Below, piece after piece: positions 53,803 through 64,000 of a stretch of DNA of 64,000 bases. The stretch comes from Longimicrobiales bacterium (GTDB lineage Bacteria > Gemmatimonadota > Gemmatimonadetes > Longimicrobiales > Gaopeijiaceae). Numbering within the stretch: the stretch's first letter is position 1; each line of letters opens with the position of its first letter. Location: assembly GCA_965219445.1 (NCBI GenBank), contig CBDCNQ010000004.1:1164103-1228102 (forward strand), in the 5' to 3' direction. Below the pieces are notes generated by a model. The model saw only the letters and a list, made by a program, of their open reading frames with translations, did no database searches and was not told the origin of the DNA. A program made the translations under genes and the position numbers.

Positions 53803-54088
53803 TCTATGACTCCCCGTGTCTCATCGCTGTTGACAGGTTCCGGCTCAACAAAGTAGCACGGATACGGAATATGAAAACATCCTAGCTCGTATTGAAAACG
53901 ATCTGGAACAACAGACGCAGGCGGACCTGGAAGAGACAAGAGCAGAGCTGGAAGCAGACCTTGAAACGCAGAGATCGGAGTTGGCGGCGCAACAAGAACA
54001 ACGCATAGAAGAGGCGAAAGACGAATTTGACAGAATAATTTCGTCCACGGAAACGAGGCTTGCCAGTACCCAAGATGCGCTCGTTGAT

Positions 54089-54450
54089 GCCGAACAGGCA
54101 CGAATTGACGCATTGGCCACACAGGCAGCAGCACTCGACGAACAAAGGCAACTCGAGGTGGCCAGGGCAGAGCAGCAGCTCAGAGCGCAGGCCGATCGTC
54201 AAGCCGCGAACTCGAGAAGGGAAACAGACGCCGCGTTAGCAAGAGCCGAACAGGCACAAGTTGACGCATTGGCCACACAGGCAGCAGCACTCGACGAACA
54301 AAGGCAACTCGAGGTGGCCAGGGCAGAGCAGCAGCTCAGAGCGCTAGCCGATCGTCAAGCAGCGAACTCGAGAAGGGAAACAGACGCCGCGCAAGCAAGA
54401 GCCGAACAGGCACAAGTTGACGAATTGGCTGCACAGGCAGCAGCACTCGA
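54089..54450 (+). repeat. 156-bp (52-aa) in-frame tandem repeat, about 2.3 units
   Basis: AEQARIDALATQAAALDEQRQLEVARAEQQLRAQADRQAANSRRETDAALAR repeated. Confidence 0.9.
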
Positions 54451-55191
54451 TGTGGAACGTCAAAGCGACCTAGACGCTCAGAGAACTGCGCTCGAAGAAG
54501 AAAGGGCAAGAGCCCTGGCAGACGCAGCGGATGAGCTTGCGCCTTACCTCCAGGCAGTCGAAGCCAAGAACCAGATCGTCAAAGAGCTCAATGAGAACTT
54601 CGGGGACTTCGATAATTCAGCCGTCGAAATAGACCCAGAGACAGGAAAGGTAAGACTCCACTTTCAGGAGTCCTATTTTGCGATCGGATCTCACGAACTA
54701 TCAGCAGAAATGAAGAGTTTTCTCAGAGCGATGATTCCCAGATATGCAAGCAGCATTTACGGAAACAGGGACGCTGCGGTTTAGCGGAGCAAGTAGAGTC
54801 TCTAAACATTTCAGGGATGGCATCGCCCATCTATCAGGGAGTGTATATCGACATTTTCGATACATCTCCCGAAACACAGGAAGCACGCGAATACAATATG
54901 GCGCTGAGTAACAGACGGGCGGACGCCCTGTATGCCTTCATCTTCGATGAAGATGAGATGGGTGACTATGCGTTTCGTACTAGAATGGAAGCAGATATGA
55001 GCATTGCGGCACTGGGCTTCCAGAACGCAACCCCCGTTAGGGATGAATTAGTGGGCAAACCTGCACGGTGCATAGAGTATGATTGCCAGCAAGAGCAGGC
55101 TACGGTATTGCAGTTTCAGCTCTTTTCGGGAGGGTTCTAGGCCGCTTCCTAAGCGGCATATTGACGCAAGCTTTTGGGTTAGGGAGTCATA

Positions 55192-55541
55192 ATGTTTAAA
55201 TACGTATTCTCTTTAATTCTGGTGGCAGTATTCTGCTTAGTATTCCTATTTGATATTGCGCTTACCAATGAGGCAATCGGAATCCTGTTTGTCACGGGCA
55301 TCCTTGGTTGTTTGGTCTTCCTGTTTCGTTATTTATGGAATACCTAAACACGTTGTTTCCAGACAAAAATCGATACCGACAGGCGTTCAACAAATTCAAA
55401 GTAAGTCTGGAAATGCTTTTCGATCACGAACAAGAGCTTAATAAGGGGAAACGTAGCGGTCGAAAAGACCGACGCCACACCGGGCAAGTCGAAGGTGAAT
55501 ATGGAGCTCGCATTGGCGAAAGCCGAACAAGAACGAGTTGA
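55192..55541 (+). pseudogene. Membrane-protein relic (possible MotA-like partner)
   Basis: Hydrophobic MFKYVFSLILVAVFCLVF.. joined out of frame to LFGLPVSLFMEYLNTLFP. Confidence 0.4.
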
Positions 55542-55800
55542 CGCATTGGCCGAACAGGAAGCAGAACTCGACAAACAAAAGCTACTGGAGCTGACCAAGG
55601 CAGAGCAGGAGCTCAAGAAGTAAGCCGATCGTCAAGCCGCGTCTCCGATCCATCGCTCACCTGAAGGAACCCAGCAAAGGACGGCATGGCTCGGGTTTCG
55701 ACCTGGCCCTCACGTTGTCCCCACCCGCCGCTCTATTGGCGATCTCGAACAGCCGGCTACGGGACCATAGCGCTTGGAGCGCTTTGGGCGTCTGACAGGG

Positions 55801-56192
55801 CTTCTGCTTGCGCCTACCGCCCCGCTCTCGGATCTTGACCGCAGTCTGATCGCGAGGTGCGCCCATGTCCGATCCAGTCGCTCGTCTGAACACCGCCCTC
55901 GAAGGCCGCTACGCCATTGAGCGTGAGTTGGGCGAGGGCGGGATGGCCACGGTCTACCTGGCCGACGACCTCAAGCACGAGCGCAAGGTCGCGCTGAAGG
56001 TTCTGAAGCCCGAGTTGGCTGCCGTGGTCGGAGCCGAGCGCTTCCTGGCCGAGATCAAGACGACAGCCAACCTGACTCACCCGCATATCCTGCCGCTCCA
56101 CGACTCGGGCGAAGCGGATGGCTTCCTTTTCTACGTGATGCCCCACATCGAAGGGGAGAGTCTGCGCGAGAGACTTGATCGGGATCATCAAC
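55801..56192 (+). pseudogene. Ser/Thr kinase leader plus N-lobe, truncated by IS256 (stub copy 5)
   Basis: GEGGMATVY, VALKVLKP, HPHILPLHDSG. Confidence 0.88.
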
Positions 56193-57580
56193 GAGGTTGG
56201 GTCAATAGGTGTGTAAATGTTTCAGGCGGCGTTTTTCCGCTGTTGGGTTGAGACGGGCTTTCCGTCTTCGAACTTTCTTCCTTCAAATACGTCCTTGAGG
56301 AGGTGAGGAGCGTCGAGCCTTCTGAAGCGCTTCTCCGCCACCAAGAGCAGCTTCCAGATCAGCGCCGTAGCGCTCTCGACCCGCTTGAAGCGCTTCGCCG
56401 CCGTTGTCCTGAGCCGTACTGCGGCAAAGGGGCTCTCGACCACGTTCGTCGTGCGTAGATGCTTCCAGTGGTCCTCGGGGAAGTCGTAGAACGCCACCAT
56501 CCGCTCCCAGTCGTCCTCGAGTACATCCACCGCCTTCGGATACCACGGTCTGTAGCGCCTGGCGAACGCCTCACGGGCCTTCAGCGCCTCGGACCGCCTC
56601 GGTGCGTAGACCACGGTCCTGAGAAGGTCCTTCGCCTCGCTCTGCTCCCGCTGAGGCAGCCGGTCCAGCACGTTCCTCATCTTGTGGTTCCAGCACCGTT
56701 GCTCGCCCGCCTCAGGCCATACCTGCCGTACTGCGCCCCAGATCGCCGCGTTGCCGTCCGCCATCAAAAGCCGGGGCGCCTCGATGCCGCGTGCCTTCAG
56801 ATCCCGCAACACCTCGGACCAGGACTCGACCGACTCTCGGTAGCCCGATCTCAGGGCCAACACCTCCTTCGTACCATCTCGCATCGCACCGAGAACCACC
56901 AGCAGCGCTGCCTTGTCCCGCTCGAGCCCCGCCTTCACGTAGATCCCGTCCGCCCAGACGTAGACGACCTCACGGTCGGCCAGCGAGCGCTTCGACCATT
57001 CCTCGAATTTCCTTGTCCATCCCGCCCGCAGCCGCCAAATCGAAGACTTCGACAACGGGGCCCCCTCGCCCAGCAGGCCCCGCATCGCCAGCTCGAAGTC
57101 TCCCTCCGCCAGCCCGTGCAGATACAGCTCCGGAAGCAGAGCACCCACCTCCTTCGTCCGTCGTGCGAACAACGGCAACACCCGACTCTCGAACCGCTCC
57201 TCAATGCCTCGAACCCGGGGCCGTCGGAGCATGATCGTGCCCGAGCTCATCGCCAGCCGCCGAGCCTTGCCGTAGCCGTTGCGGTAGCCTGGCGCCGGGT
57301 CTACGACCGTCTTCCGCTCCGACTTCTCCCGGCCGAGCAACTCCGTCACTTCCTCCTCCAGAATCCGCTGGACCATCTCCTGGGCCTTCTCACGAACCAG
57401 CGCTTCCAAGCACTCCCACGTCGGCGTGCTGGACTCACTCTCGGGTCCCACCATATTCTTCCTCACGAGGCATCGTTCCTTTCCCCCGGGCGCTCACCCG
57501 GGATTCGCTGGTTAACTTCTTACTACCTAGCGGAAAGGTACGTCGCCTCTTTTTTTACACACCCTTCGATCCTAGCTCCC
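56193..57580 (-). mobile_element. IS256 copy C (uninterrupted)
   Basis: Both imperfect inverted repeats present; no TSD visible. Confidence 0.93.
56222..57466 (-). CDS. IS256-family transposase
   Basis: Identical protein to 4327-5571. Confidence 0.95.
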   Translation of the reverse strand: MRKNMVGPESESSTPTWECLEALVREKAQEMVQRILEEEVTELLGREKSERKTVVDPAPGYRNGYGKARRLAMSSGTIMLRRPRVRGIEERFESRVLPLFARRTKEVGALLPELYLHGLAEGDFELAMRGLLGEGAPLSKSSIWRLRAGWTRKFEEWSKRSLADREVVYVWADGIYVKAGLERDKAALLVVLGAMRDGTKEVLALRSGYRESVESWSEVLRDLKARGIEAPRLLMADGNAAIWGAVRQVWPEAGEQRCWNHKMRNVLDRLPQREQSEAKDLLRTVVYAPRRSEALKAREAFARRYRPWYPKAVDVLEDDWERMVAFYDFPEDHWKHLRTTNVVESPFAAVRLRTTAAKRFKRVESATALIWKLLLVAEKRFRRLDAPHLLKDVFEGRKFEDGKPVSTQQRKNAA

Positions 57581-57700
57581 GGGTTTCGGGCTCCAACAAG
57601 TGTTTGCTACTGTCGCGATACCGGGAGGGTCGCGCACTACGCGCGCGGAATGCAGATTGACGCGCAGCAGAAACACGAGACGTTAGACAGCGACGGACCC

Positions 57701-58155
57701 ATGAGTATGCCAGACAGGATGAATGTCGACCTGCAAATACGCGAAGCAACCGAATCAGACCTGCCGGCCATCGTTGATATCTATAACGAGTCCATCCCAG
57801 CCGGCTGGTCCACGGCGGACACAAAGCCTGTCACAGTCTCAGAGCGCGTTGAGTGGTTCCGAAGATCTGACTCCGCCAAGCGACCGATATGGGTGGCCGA
57901 AGCAGACGGTCTGGTCGTCGCAACCGTCTACCTATCGTCGTTCTACGAAGGCCGCCCCGCCTACGACGCTACCGCCGAGGTCAGTATCTACGTGGCGACT
58001 GACTACCAGCGGCGAGGGATCGGTCGTCGCCTAAAGGAATGGGTGATCGACCAGTGCCCGCGACTGGGAGTCACGACGCTTCTGAGCATGCACTTCGATC
58101 ACAATCAGGCTACACGCCACATCAACGCAACATTGGGATTCCAGCAGATGGGCCA
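57701..58155 (+). pseudogene. GNAT acetyltransferase (PAT-like), C-terminus apparently truncated
   Basis: IREATESDLPAIVDIYN, AEVSIYV..QRRGIGRRL; ends GFQQMG then unrelated sequence. Confidence 0.75.
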
Positions 58156-58259
58156 AAGGGCGGCGAAAGACGGCGGAAACGCCGAAAAAGGCGGCGGAGA
58201 CGAGCGCAGAAACGGCTTAACTAGGCGAAGTTCGCCGGATGGGGTGCGCCTCCACCAAT

Positions 58260-58302
<43 letters not shown>

Positions 58303-58305
58303 CTG

Positions 58306-58342
58306 AAAACGACCTCGGGGCTCTTGCCCCGGGGTCGTTTTT
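58306..58342 (+). terminator. Intrinsic terminator hairpin targeted by intron copy 2
   Basis: AAAACGACCTCGGGGC-TCTT-GCCCCGGGGTCGTTTTT. Confidence 0.85.
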
Positions 58343-58355
58343 GATACGGCTGGTG

Positions 58356-60255
58356 GTGGGCCCGGCATGGGCGATGACTTGGAGGTGAAAGTCCTCCCGG
58401 AACCTGGTCGCAGGGACCGAAGGGAAGCGCAAGGCGTTCGTCGTGAGGCGTACGCTGAACGAAGCGTGAAACGAACCCGTGAGTCGACGAACAGGAACCG
58501 GATACGAGGCGTTGCGGACCGGGGCGAGCGGACCACTGACCGCGAAGCTCCTGCGACCAAGGGGAAGCGGCGTAGATCCGGCGATTGTGCGGGGAAGGTC
58601 ATCGTTCTTACCCGGGGAGGTCTCGCCTGACGCCTGAAAGGGCGACGCCGGCATTGCGCTGTTGGGCCTGCCGGCGGAGCGAGAAGTCAGCAGAGGCCAT
58701 AGTAGGCCGACGAAGTGCATGATGCGCTTGGACCCAGCTTTGTCGGACGAAGGGCCGAACGGAGAGGAGAGTGTGACGACCGTGGATCTCGAGAAGGCCA
58801 TGCGCCAGGAGTCCAGGCAACTGGAGCTCCCGCTGGAGGATAGGGGTGAAGCCCCGAAGGTAGAGGGGAGTGGCGAAGCCGGAACGGTGGCCCATGGAGA
58901 CGAGCGCTCAGGAAGCGAGCATCTCCTGATGGAGGAGGTGGTCGGGCGTGCCAACCTCGTAGGAGCGTTGAAACGCGTGCGGCAGAATAAGGGCAGTCCG
59001 GGCATCGACGGGATGAGCGTGGAGGAGCTGCCAGAGTACTTGCGCAGGCACTGGGGGGAGATCCGACAGCGGTTGCTGGCGGGGACCTACCAACCGAAGC
59101 CGGTACGAAGGCAGGAGATACCGAAGAGTGGGGGAGGGGTCCGGGAGTTGGGGATTCCGACCGTGCTGGACCGGTTCATCCAACAAGCCATCCTGCAGGT
59201 GCTGCAACCGAGGTTCGACCCGACGTTCAGTCGGCACAGCCACGGCTTCCGGCCTGGGCGCCGAGCACACGATGCGGTGCGCGAAGCGCAGCAATACATC
59301 CAGGAAGGGAGACGATGGGTGGTGGATGTGGACCTGGAGAAGTTTTTCGACCGGGTGAACCACGACGTGCTGATGGGGCGGCTGGCAAAGCGGATCGAGG
59401 ATAAGGCGATGCTGCGGATCCTCCGTCGCTACCTGGAAGCCGGAGTCATGGCGAACGGGGTGGTGATGGAGCGGCACATGGGGACGCCTCAGGGCGGACC
59501 GTTGTCGCCGTTGCTGGCGAACGTGCTCCTGGACGAAGTGGACAAGGAGTTGGAGCTACGCGGACACGCGTTTGTCCGGTACGCCGATGACTGCAATGTA
59601 TACGTGCGGTCGAGGCGGGCAGGACAACGTGTGATGCAGGCGCTGAGGCACTTGTACGGGAAACTTCGGCTTCAGGTCAACGAGGAAAAGAGCGCGGTGG
59701 CGCGAGTGTGGGATCGACAGTTCCTGGGCTACAGCTTCTGGGTAGCGGCAGGGAAGGTCGTGAAGCGCCGGGTCAGCAAGAAGGCCCTGACGAAGTTCAA
59801 GGAGCGAGTCCGGCAGATTACAAGCCGGAGTGGCGGGCGGAGCCTGCAACAGGTGGCAGAAGAGCTACGGCGCTACGTGCTGGGGTGGAAGGCATACTTC
59901 GGCTTAGCGGATACACCGGGGGTTTTCCGAGACCTGGACCAATGGATCCACCGCCGGCTGCGTACGTTGCAATTACGCCAGTGGAAACGGGGAAGGACAG
60001 CGTACCGGGAGTTGAGGGCTCGCGGTGTGAGCGAGAACCTCGCCTGGCGAGCTGCTCGGTTCGCGCGAAGCTGGTGGCACGTGGCCGCGCACCACGCCCT
60101 GCACACGGCCTTGCCAGGGGCGTACTTCGACGAGCTGGGTGTGCCCCGGCTCACGCCGTACTGACCTCAACTCACCGAACCGCCAGGTGCGGACCCGCAT
60201 GCCTGGTGGTGTGGGAGGGGAAGGACCGGGATCGCCGGTCCTCCCCTATCCCGAT
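58356..60255 (+). mobile_element. Group IIC intron, copy 2 (1900 nt)
   Basis: Near-identical to 5665-7564; inserted 13 nt after the terminator U-tract. Confidence 0.93.
58773..60164 (+). CDS. ltrA: Group II intron reverse transcriptase/maturase (start approximate)
   Basis: PQGG, YADD, X domain; GGAGAGGA RBS before GTG at 58773. Confidence 0.93.
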   Translation: MTTVDLEKAMRQESRQLELPLEDRGEAPKVEGSGEAGTVAHGDERSGSEHLLMEEVVGRANLVGALKRVRQNKGSPGIDGMSVEELPEYLRRHWGEIRQRLLAGTYQPKPVRRQEIPKSGGGVRELGIPTVLDRFIQQAILQVLQPRFDPTFSRHSHGFRPGRRAHDAVREAQQYIQEGRRWVVDVDLEKFFDRVNHDVLMGRLAKRIEDKAMLRILRRYLEAGVMANGVVMERHMGTPQGGPLSPLLANVLLDEVDKELELRGHAFVRYADDCNVYVRSRRAGQRVMQALRHLYGKLRLQVNEEKSAVARVWDRQFLGYSFWVAAGKVVKRRVSKKALTKFKERVRQITSRSGGRSLQQVAEELRRYVLGWKAYFGLADTPGVFRDLDQWIHRRLRTLQLRQWKRGRTAYRELRARGVSENLAWRAARFARSWWHVAAHHALHTALPGAYFDELGVPRLTPY

Positions 60256-60616
60256 CGGATTCTCTCCTTTTGGTTCGAGCCGAGGCGAGATATATAGTTC
60301 TGCGAAGCGGACCTGACTGTAGACCACCGAGACGAGCGAGGAGGCCCGAAGGGCCCCCGCAGCTCCATCCTGTCGGGCGTGGCGGGAATAATCAATACGA
60401 TTGGAGCGGTTTCTCCTAAGGGTGAACGGCGAGAGACGGCTTCGAGTCTTCGTGGAAGGCGTAGTGATCGTGGGCAAACTACGAACCAGCGGACTACCCG
60501 CCCACACGTTAACGTGGAAATTCCCCCGGCTGGCCGTTGCTTTAAGAATCCCGACCCGTCAACGGGCTTTGGATTAACTCTCCTTGCCCACCGCCCTGTC
60601 GTACAAGCACCGCCGT

Positions 60617-61474
60617 CTAAACCGAAGCAAGCTGATGCGCCCGGAGGAAGGACCGTATCTGGCGCACCGCCAGAGGAATCCGCTCCTGGGGCTCTTTCCA
60701 CGGGAAAATGCTCACTTCGGCCTTCGGCGCGAGCATCGCGGCCTCCATGGCGACGGCGTACGGATGCGCCGGGATATCATCCGGCAGGATCAGTACGGGC
60801 GTCTGGCAATTGCGCACGAATTCACGTGTCACGGTGAAGACGAAGTCGGCGTTGGTGCGGTACATCCTCGTCAGAAATCGGTCGACCATTTCCATCGTGA
60901 CCTCGGGCCGACGGGCGGCCAGCGCAGGACCCCAGCCCCTCATATTGTTTTCGTAGAAATAGTCGGGCGTCTCCGGACTCCAGCCGCTGGGCTGCGCCAG
61001 CACGGCAGCGACGACTCGGTCGGGCGCGCGTTCGAGCAGGTTCCAAATGAAGGGGCCGCCGATGCAGAAGCCCAATACCATGAACTTGTCGATGCCCAGG
61101 TGATCCATCAGACCGAGATGGTCATCGGTATAGGCATCCCACGGTCGGTCGACCTCGAGCGGGCCGGAGGACTGGCCGTCATTGGCGTTTCGCAAGTCCG
61201 ACCCGATGCAGCGGTACTCTCCCTCGAACTCCTCGATCGGGTTGAAAGGTCCACGGGCCAAGCCGGAAAACGTCGAGTTCAATCCCCCGCCGGGGATGAG
61301 CAACAACGGGAAGCCGGAACCGGCCTCCTCATAGTAGATACGAACGGGGCCTCTTTCGTAGAAGGAAATGTCCGTCCCACCTTGCCCAGTCTGCCGACCA
61401 AACACGCGCTGCGCTGCGGCCAGCACCGTCGCCGCGGCGCCCGCTGCCAGGATGCTGCGTCTACTCGGATCCAT
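60617..61474 (-). CDS. Alpha/beta hydrolase with Cys nucleophile elbow and Tat-like leader
   Basis: SRRSIL, LLIPGGG, GFCIGG. Confidence 0.82.
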   Translation of the reverse strand: MDPSRRSILAAGAAATVLAAAQRVFGRQTGQGGTDISFYERGPVRIYYEEAGSGFPLLLIPGGGLNSTFSGLARGPFNPIEEFEGEYRCIGSDLRNANDGQSSGPLEVDRPWDAYTDDHLGLMDHLGIDKFMVLGFCIGGPFIWNLLERAPDRVVAAVLAQPSGWSPETPDYFYENNMRGWGPALAARRPEVTMEMVDRFLTRMYRTNADFVFTVTREFVRNCQTPVLILPDDIPAHPYAVAMEAAMLAPKAEVSIFPWKEPQERIPLAVRQIRSFLRAHQLASV

Positions 61475-61800
61475 GATCGGCGTTCTCCTTACTCATTGTC
61501 GAGTCAGTGTCAAACGCTGAAAAACGGGCTGAAGTTAGCTACCGGTAGGATTTATTATCAAGGACAGTGTCAACACTCGCCGTACGACGTTGTAGTCGAT
61601 TGAGCGCTGTGCCTAGTGATGGGAGTAGCACCGGCCGGCAGTGCTCACTGTTCGTTCCGCCTCATCCTGTTGAGCAAGCTCCGACGCCTCCGCTGACACG
61701 GGCGATGAGCGTCCTAAGCCACGAGGACGCACCGCCCAAGTCTCGATACCGAAGAAAGACCGAATCCTCCTAGACGGCGATTCTGTGGCGTCTGAGACGA

Positions 61801-61885
61801 TTCTGCTTGCGCCCACCGGCCCGCTCTCGGATGTTGACCTTCGGTCTGATCCGGGAGTCCGCCCATGTCCGATCCCGTCACTCGC
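61801..61885 (+). repeat. Ser/Thr kinase leader plus very short stub (copy 6)
   Basis: Shared leader followed by ATGTCCGATCCCGTCACTCG (MSDPVTR). Confidence 0.75.
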
Positions 61886-61895
61886 GACCCCGTAG

Positions 61896-62150
61896 CTACC
61901 CCGAGGTGCTCAGCTTGACGCCTTTCATGGGGACGACGACCTCGACGTGGGCGCGTTGCACGTTGAGAAACGGCGCGCTGAGCACGAGACGCCCCGTGTG
62001 GTCCGTGACTTCCGCCTTGATAACGGCGATGAATTCCTTGGCCTCGAGCATGTAATCCGTCAACCGGCGGTTTTGGGGGGCCAGCGCCACCTCCCCGGCG
62101 ACGCGATAGTTTCGGGTGAAAATTACTACGCTGGTGACGTCGTCTCGTTC
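61896..62150 (-). CDS. Small hypothetical protein (start uncertain)
   Basis: VVIFTRNYRVAGEV..RRLTDYM..FIAV..FLNVQR; coding-like. Confidence 0.5.
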   Translation of the reverse strand, partial: ERDDVTSVVIFTRNYRVAGEVALAPQNRRLTDYMLEAKEFIAVIKAEVTDHTGRLVLSAPFLNVQRAHVEVVVPMKGVKLSTSG

Positions 62151-62966
62151 CGGCACGATCCCTCCTCCGTGATTTCGTATCCCCCCCCCGGCCAGCGGGG
62201 GCGTCCTCGCGACCCTTCTTAGAACGATTTCCCGGTTGGAAGGCAAAATCAAGGAGAAATCGACGTACAGTTCCGCCGCCGGGTTGCACACCCCCCGGGT
62301 ATTGTCAACTTGTGCCGATGACGGGTTTGGCCTTCAAGGGCCGTGCTCAATCGATTGGCTCCCCACGCGCGACTTTCCATCATGGCCAGGGCGCGCGGCG
62401 CTCATTCAATGGGCCCGAGATACGACTGCAGTCGAGCTTAGCCGTCCTTTTCGATCTTGCGTTCCGGGGAGGAGTCCAGATATGACCCGCCAGATCCCCT
62501 GGCTTCGCGTCTTCGTGGAAGGCGTGGTGATCGTCGGCGAAGTGGGCTCGCAGTAGTCCGTCTAACCGATGGTCCGGATTGCGACATCCCCACTCGCAGT
62601 GTTTCGGCCTAAGGAATCGTACAAAATGCAGATCCCCCAGCGGAGGAAGCTGGGATGTATGCCGCGCAGCCGAGTCGATGCATCCTAAGGTCTGGCGTAA
62701 ACTCAACAGACCCAGGTAATTTGTGCGCGTGTATACGTTCGATGCTTGGGCGGCGCCACCTAAAGGTATGCATGACTCAGCGTCGCCAGCTCATCTTCGT
62801 CGTACTTACGACGCTTGCCTTTTCCTGGAAGCGCAAAAGCCGTTAGGAGCCTGGACGGCTTCCGTAAAGCACCCTCTTTGCGCCTCGTCCGCGGGTCGGT
62901 TACACTGTATTCGTGGCTTCCGCCGTTCTGCGACGCGACCGTCACCAACTGACCGGAGAGTGTCAC

Positions 62967-64000
62967 ATGAGTAGAACCAAAGGACTTCCGAATATCTGGG
63001 TAGCATTCGCTGGTGCGGTGCTAGCCGGAACGGTGGCGTGGCCGCAGGCTGCCGCCGCGCAGGACGTAACCTACGCCGAGCACGTTGCGCCCATTCTGCA
63101 GGAGAACTGCGTGAGGTGTCATCGGCCGGGCACGGCGGCGCCGATGGTTCTCGAAACCTACGAGCAAGTACGGCCGTTTGCGTCAATGATCCAGCACTCG
63201 GTGGAGACACGGACGATGCCACCGGGCTGGTATATCGACCGGACCGTGGGAATCCAGGACTTCAAGAACGACCCGTCGCTCTCGGTTCAGGAGATCGAGA
63301 CGATCGCCCGTTGGGTGGACTCGGGTACGCCGGCGGGGGACCTGTCGAACCTCCCGGTGCCGCGTGATTGGAAGCCAGACCACGAGTATTGGCAGCTCGA
63401 ACAGGACCAGGGTTGGGGTCCACCGGACTTGATCATCCAGTCGCCACCGTTCACGGTTCCTGCCAATAGCGGGGATCAGTGGTGGGAGCCGGACGCAGCC
63501 CTAACCGATGTAATGGACGCGGCGCTAACAGAAAACCGGTGGGTCAGGGCGGTGGAGACGAGGCCCGCGGACGCTGAGAGCGGATACGTCTTTCATCACG
63601 CCAACACGAGTCTCTTTCAGCTGTCGGACAACGAGCGGCGCGGAGGGCTTTCCTCCTCCGCGGTCGGAAAAAGAACGGACATGTATCCGGAGGATGCCGG
63701 CAAGCTGATCCAGCCCGACGACCAGATCCACTTTTCGATGCACCTTTTCCCGATCGGGAGGGAAGTGGTCGACGCGATGATCCAGGTGGGCGTTTGGCTC
63801 TACCCAGAGGGAGAAGAGCCAAAGTACGCCACGAACGACGAGACTTCCCACAATTCGGGTGAGAGTCGTGATTTGGGCCTGCCGCGATACACCGATATGC
63901 TCATTCCGCCCCATGGGTACCAGATGTTGCGTGGCAACTTTGTGCTCGAGCGGAACGCGCGGGTTCATAGCATACGCGGCCATATGCACTTCGAGGTGGG
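62967..64000 (+). CDS. Secreted cytochrome c / Cu type II monooxygenase-like protein (runs off right edge)
   Basis: Manual translation: signal peptide, VAPILQENCVRCHR, TMPP, HHAN, GHMH. Confidence 0.8.
   Translation, partial: MSRTKGLPNIWVAFAGAVLAGTVAWPQAAAAQDVTYAEHVAPILQENCVRCHRPGTAAPMVLETYEQVRPFASMIQHSVETRTMPPGWYIDRTVGIQDFKNDPSLSVQEIETIARWVDSGTPAGDLSNLPVPRDWKPDHEYWQLEQDQGWGPPDLIIQSPPFTVPANSGDQWWEPDAALTDVMDAALTENRWVRAVETRPADAESGYVFHHANTSLFQLSDNERRGGLSSSAVGKRTDMYPEDAGKLIQPDDQIHFSMHLFPIGREVVDAMIQVGVWLYPEGEEPKYATNDETSHNSGESRDLGLPRYTDMLIPPHGYQMLRGNFVLERNARVHSIRGHMHFEV

Larger units (their letters stand above)
52244..53840 (+). mobile_element. IS3-like two-ORF element with TSD CGGCTC
   Basis: Imperfect inverted repeats CTGCCAATATCAGTGAGACAC / GTGTCTCATCGCTGTTGACAG; CGGCTC at 52238 and 53841. 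Confidence 0.9.
51940..55140 (+). pseudogene. MotB/OmpA-like protein with long coiled coil, split by an IS and a frameshift near 54781
   Basis: TM segment PMVDLFAVLAIVF; frame restored across the TSD; C-terminal YF..GSHEL..GMAS..NMALSNRRA OmpA-like motifs. Confidence 0.75.

Noticed and set aside
54089..54450. 156-bp repeats as DGR template/variable regions
   Set aside because: They are in-frame tandem coiled-coil units with no evident adenine-specific divergence and no DGR RT.
51940..55623. Complete Zorya defence system
   Set aside because: No ZorC/D/E-like genes and no intact ZorA are visible; kept only as a MotB-like relic.
62482..62556. Short ORF MTRQIPWLRVFVEGVVIVG
   Set aside because: It looks like a 5' stub of a membrane-protein family but is too short to assign.

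Overview
A GC-rich, heavily scarred accessory region. Repeated Ser/Thr-kinase N-termini (MSDPITRLNAALEGRY...) suggest Gemmatimonadota, which is an inference. The left part is a two-methyltransferase Type I R-M locus (truncated M1, NPPY-type M2, S, R) split by three nested mobile elements. An IS256 copy has one terminal repeat invaded by an IS110/IS1111-type recombinase element, and then by a group IIC intron. The IS110 element's downstream non-coding region folds into a bridge-RNA-like structure. Its loops match the 14-bp IS256 target (TACACAC-CC-TTTGA) and, in part, its own circle junction, so it appears to be an RNA-guided element programmed against another IS. The rest of the window holds a polyamine-type ABC transporter, alkaline phosphatase, D-Ala-D-Ala dipeptidase, a P4-like integrase and T4SS relics. 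It also carries several secreted hydrolases and dehydrogenases and a PPi-PFK/glgC-fragment/GT4/giant GT-phosphodiester-glycosidase fusion operon. Further features are an IS-broken MotB/OmpA-like coiled-coil gene, three IS3-family elements, two more IS256 copies and a second intron copy. Six tRNA 3'-half fragments (Pro, Ile, Asn, Arg) break at the anticodon loop and look like att scars, and six kinase 5' stubs are dispersed among cargo genes. All calls come from reading the sequence; no database searches were run.
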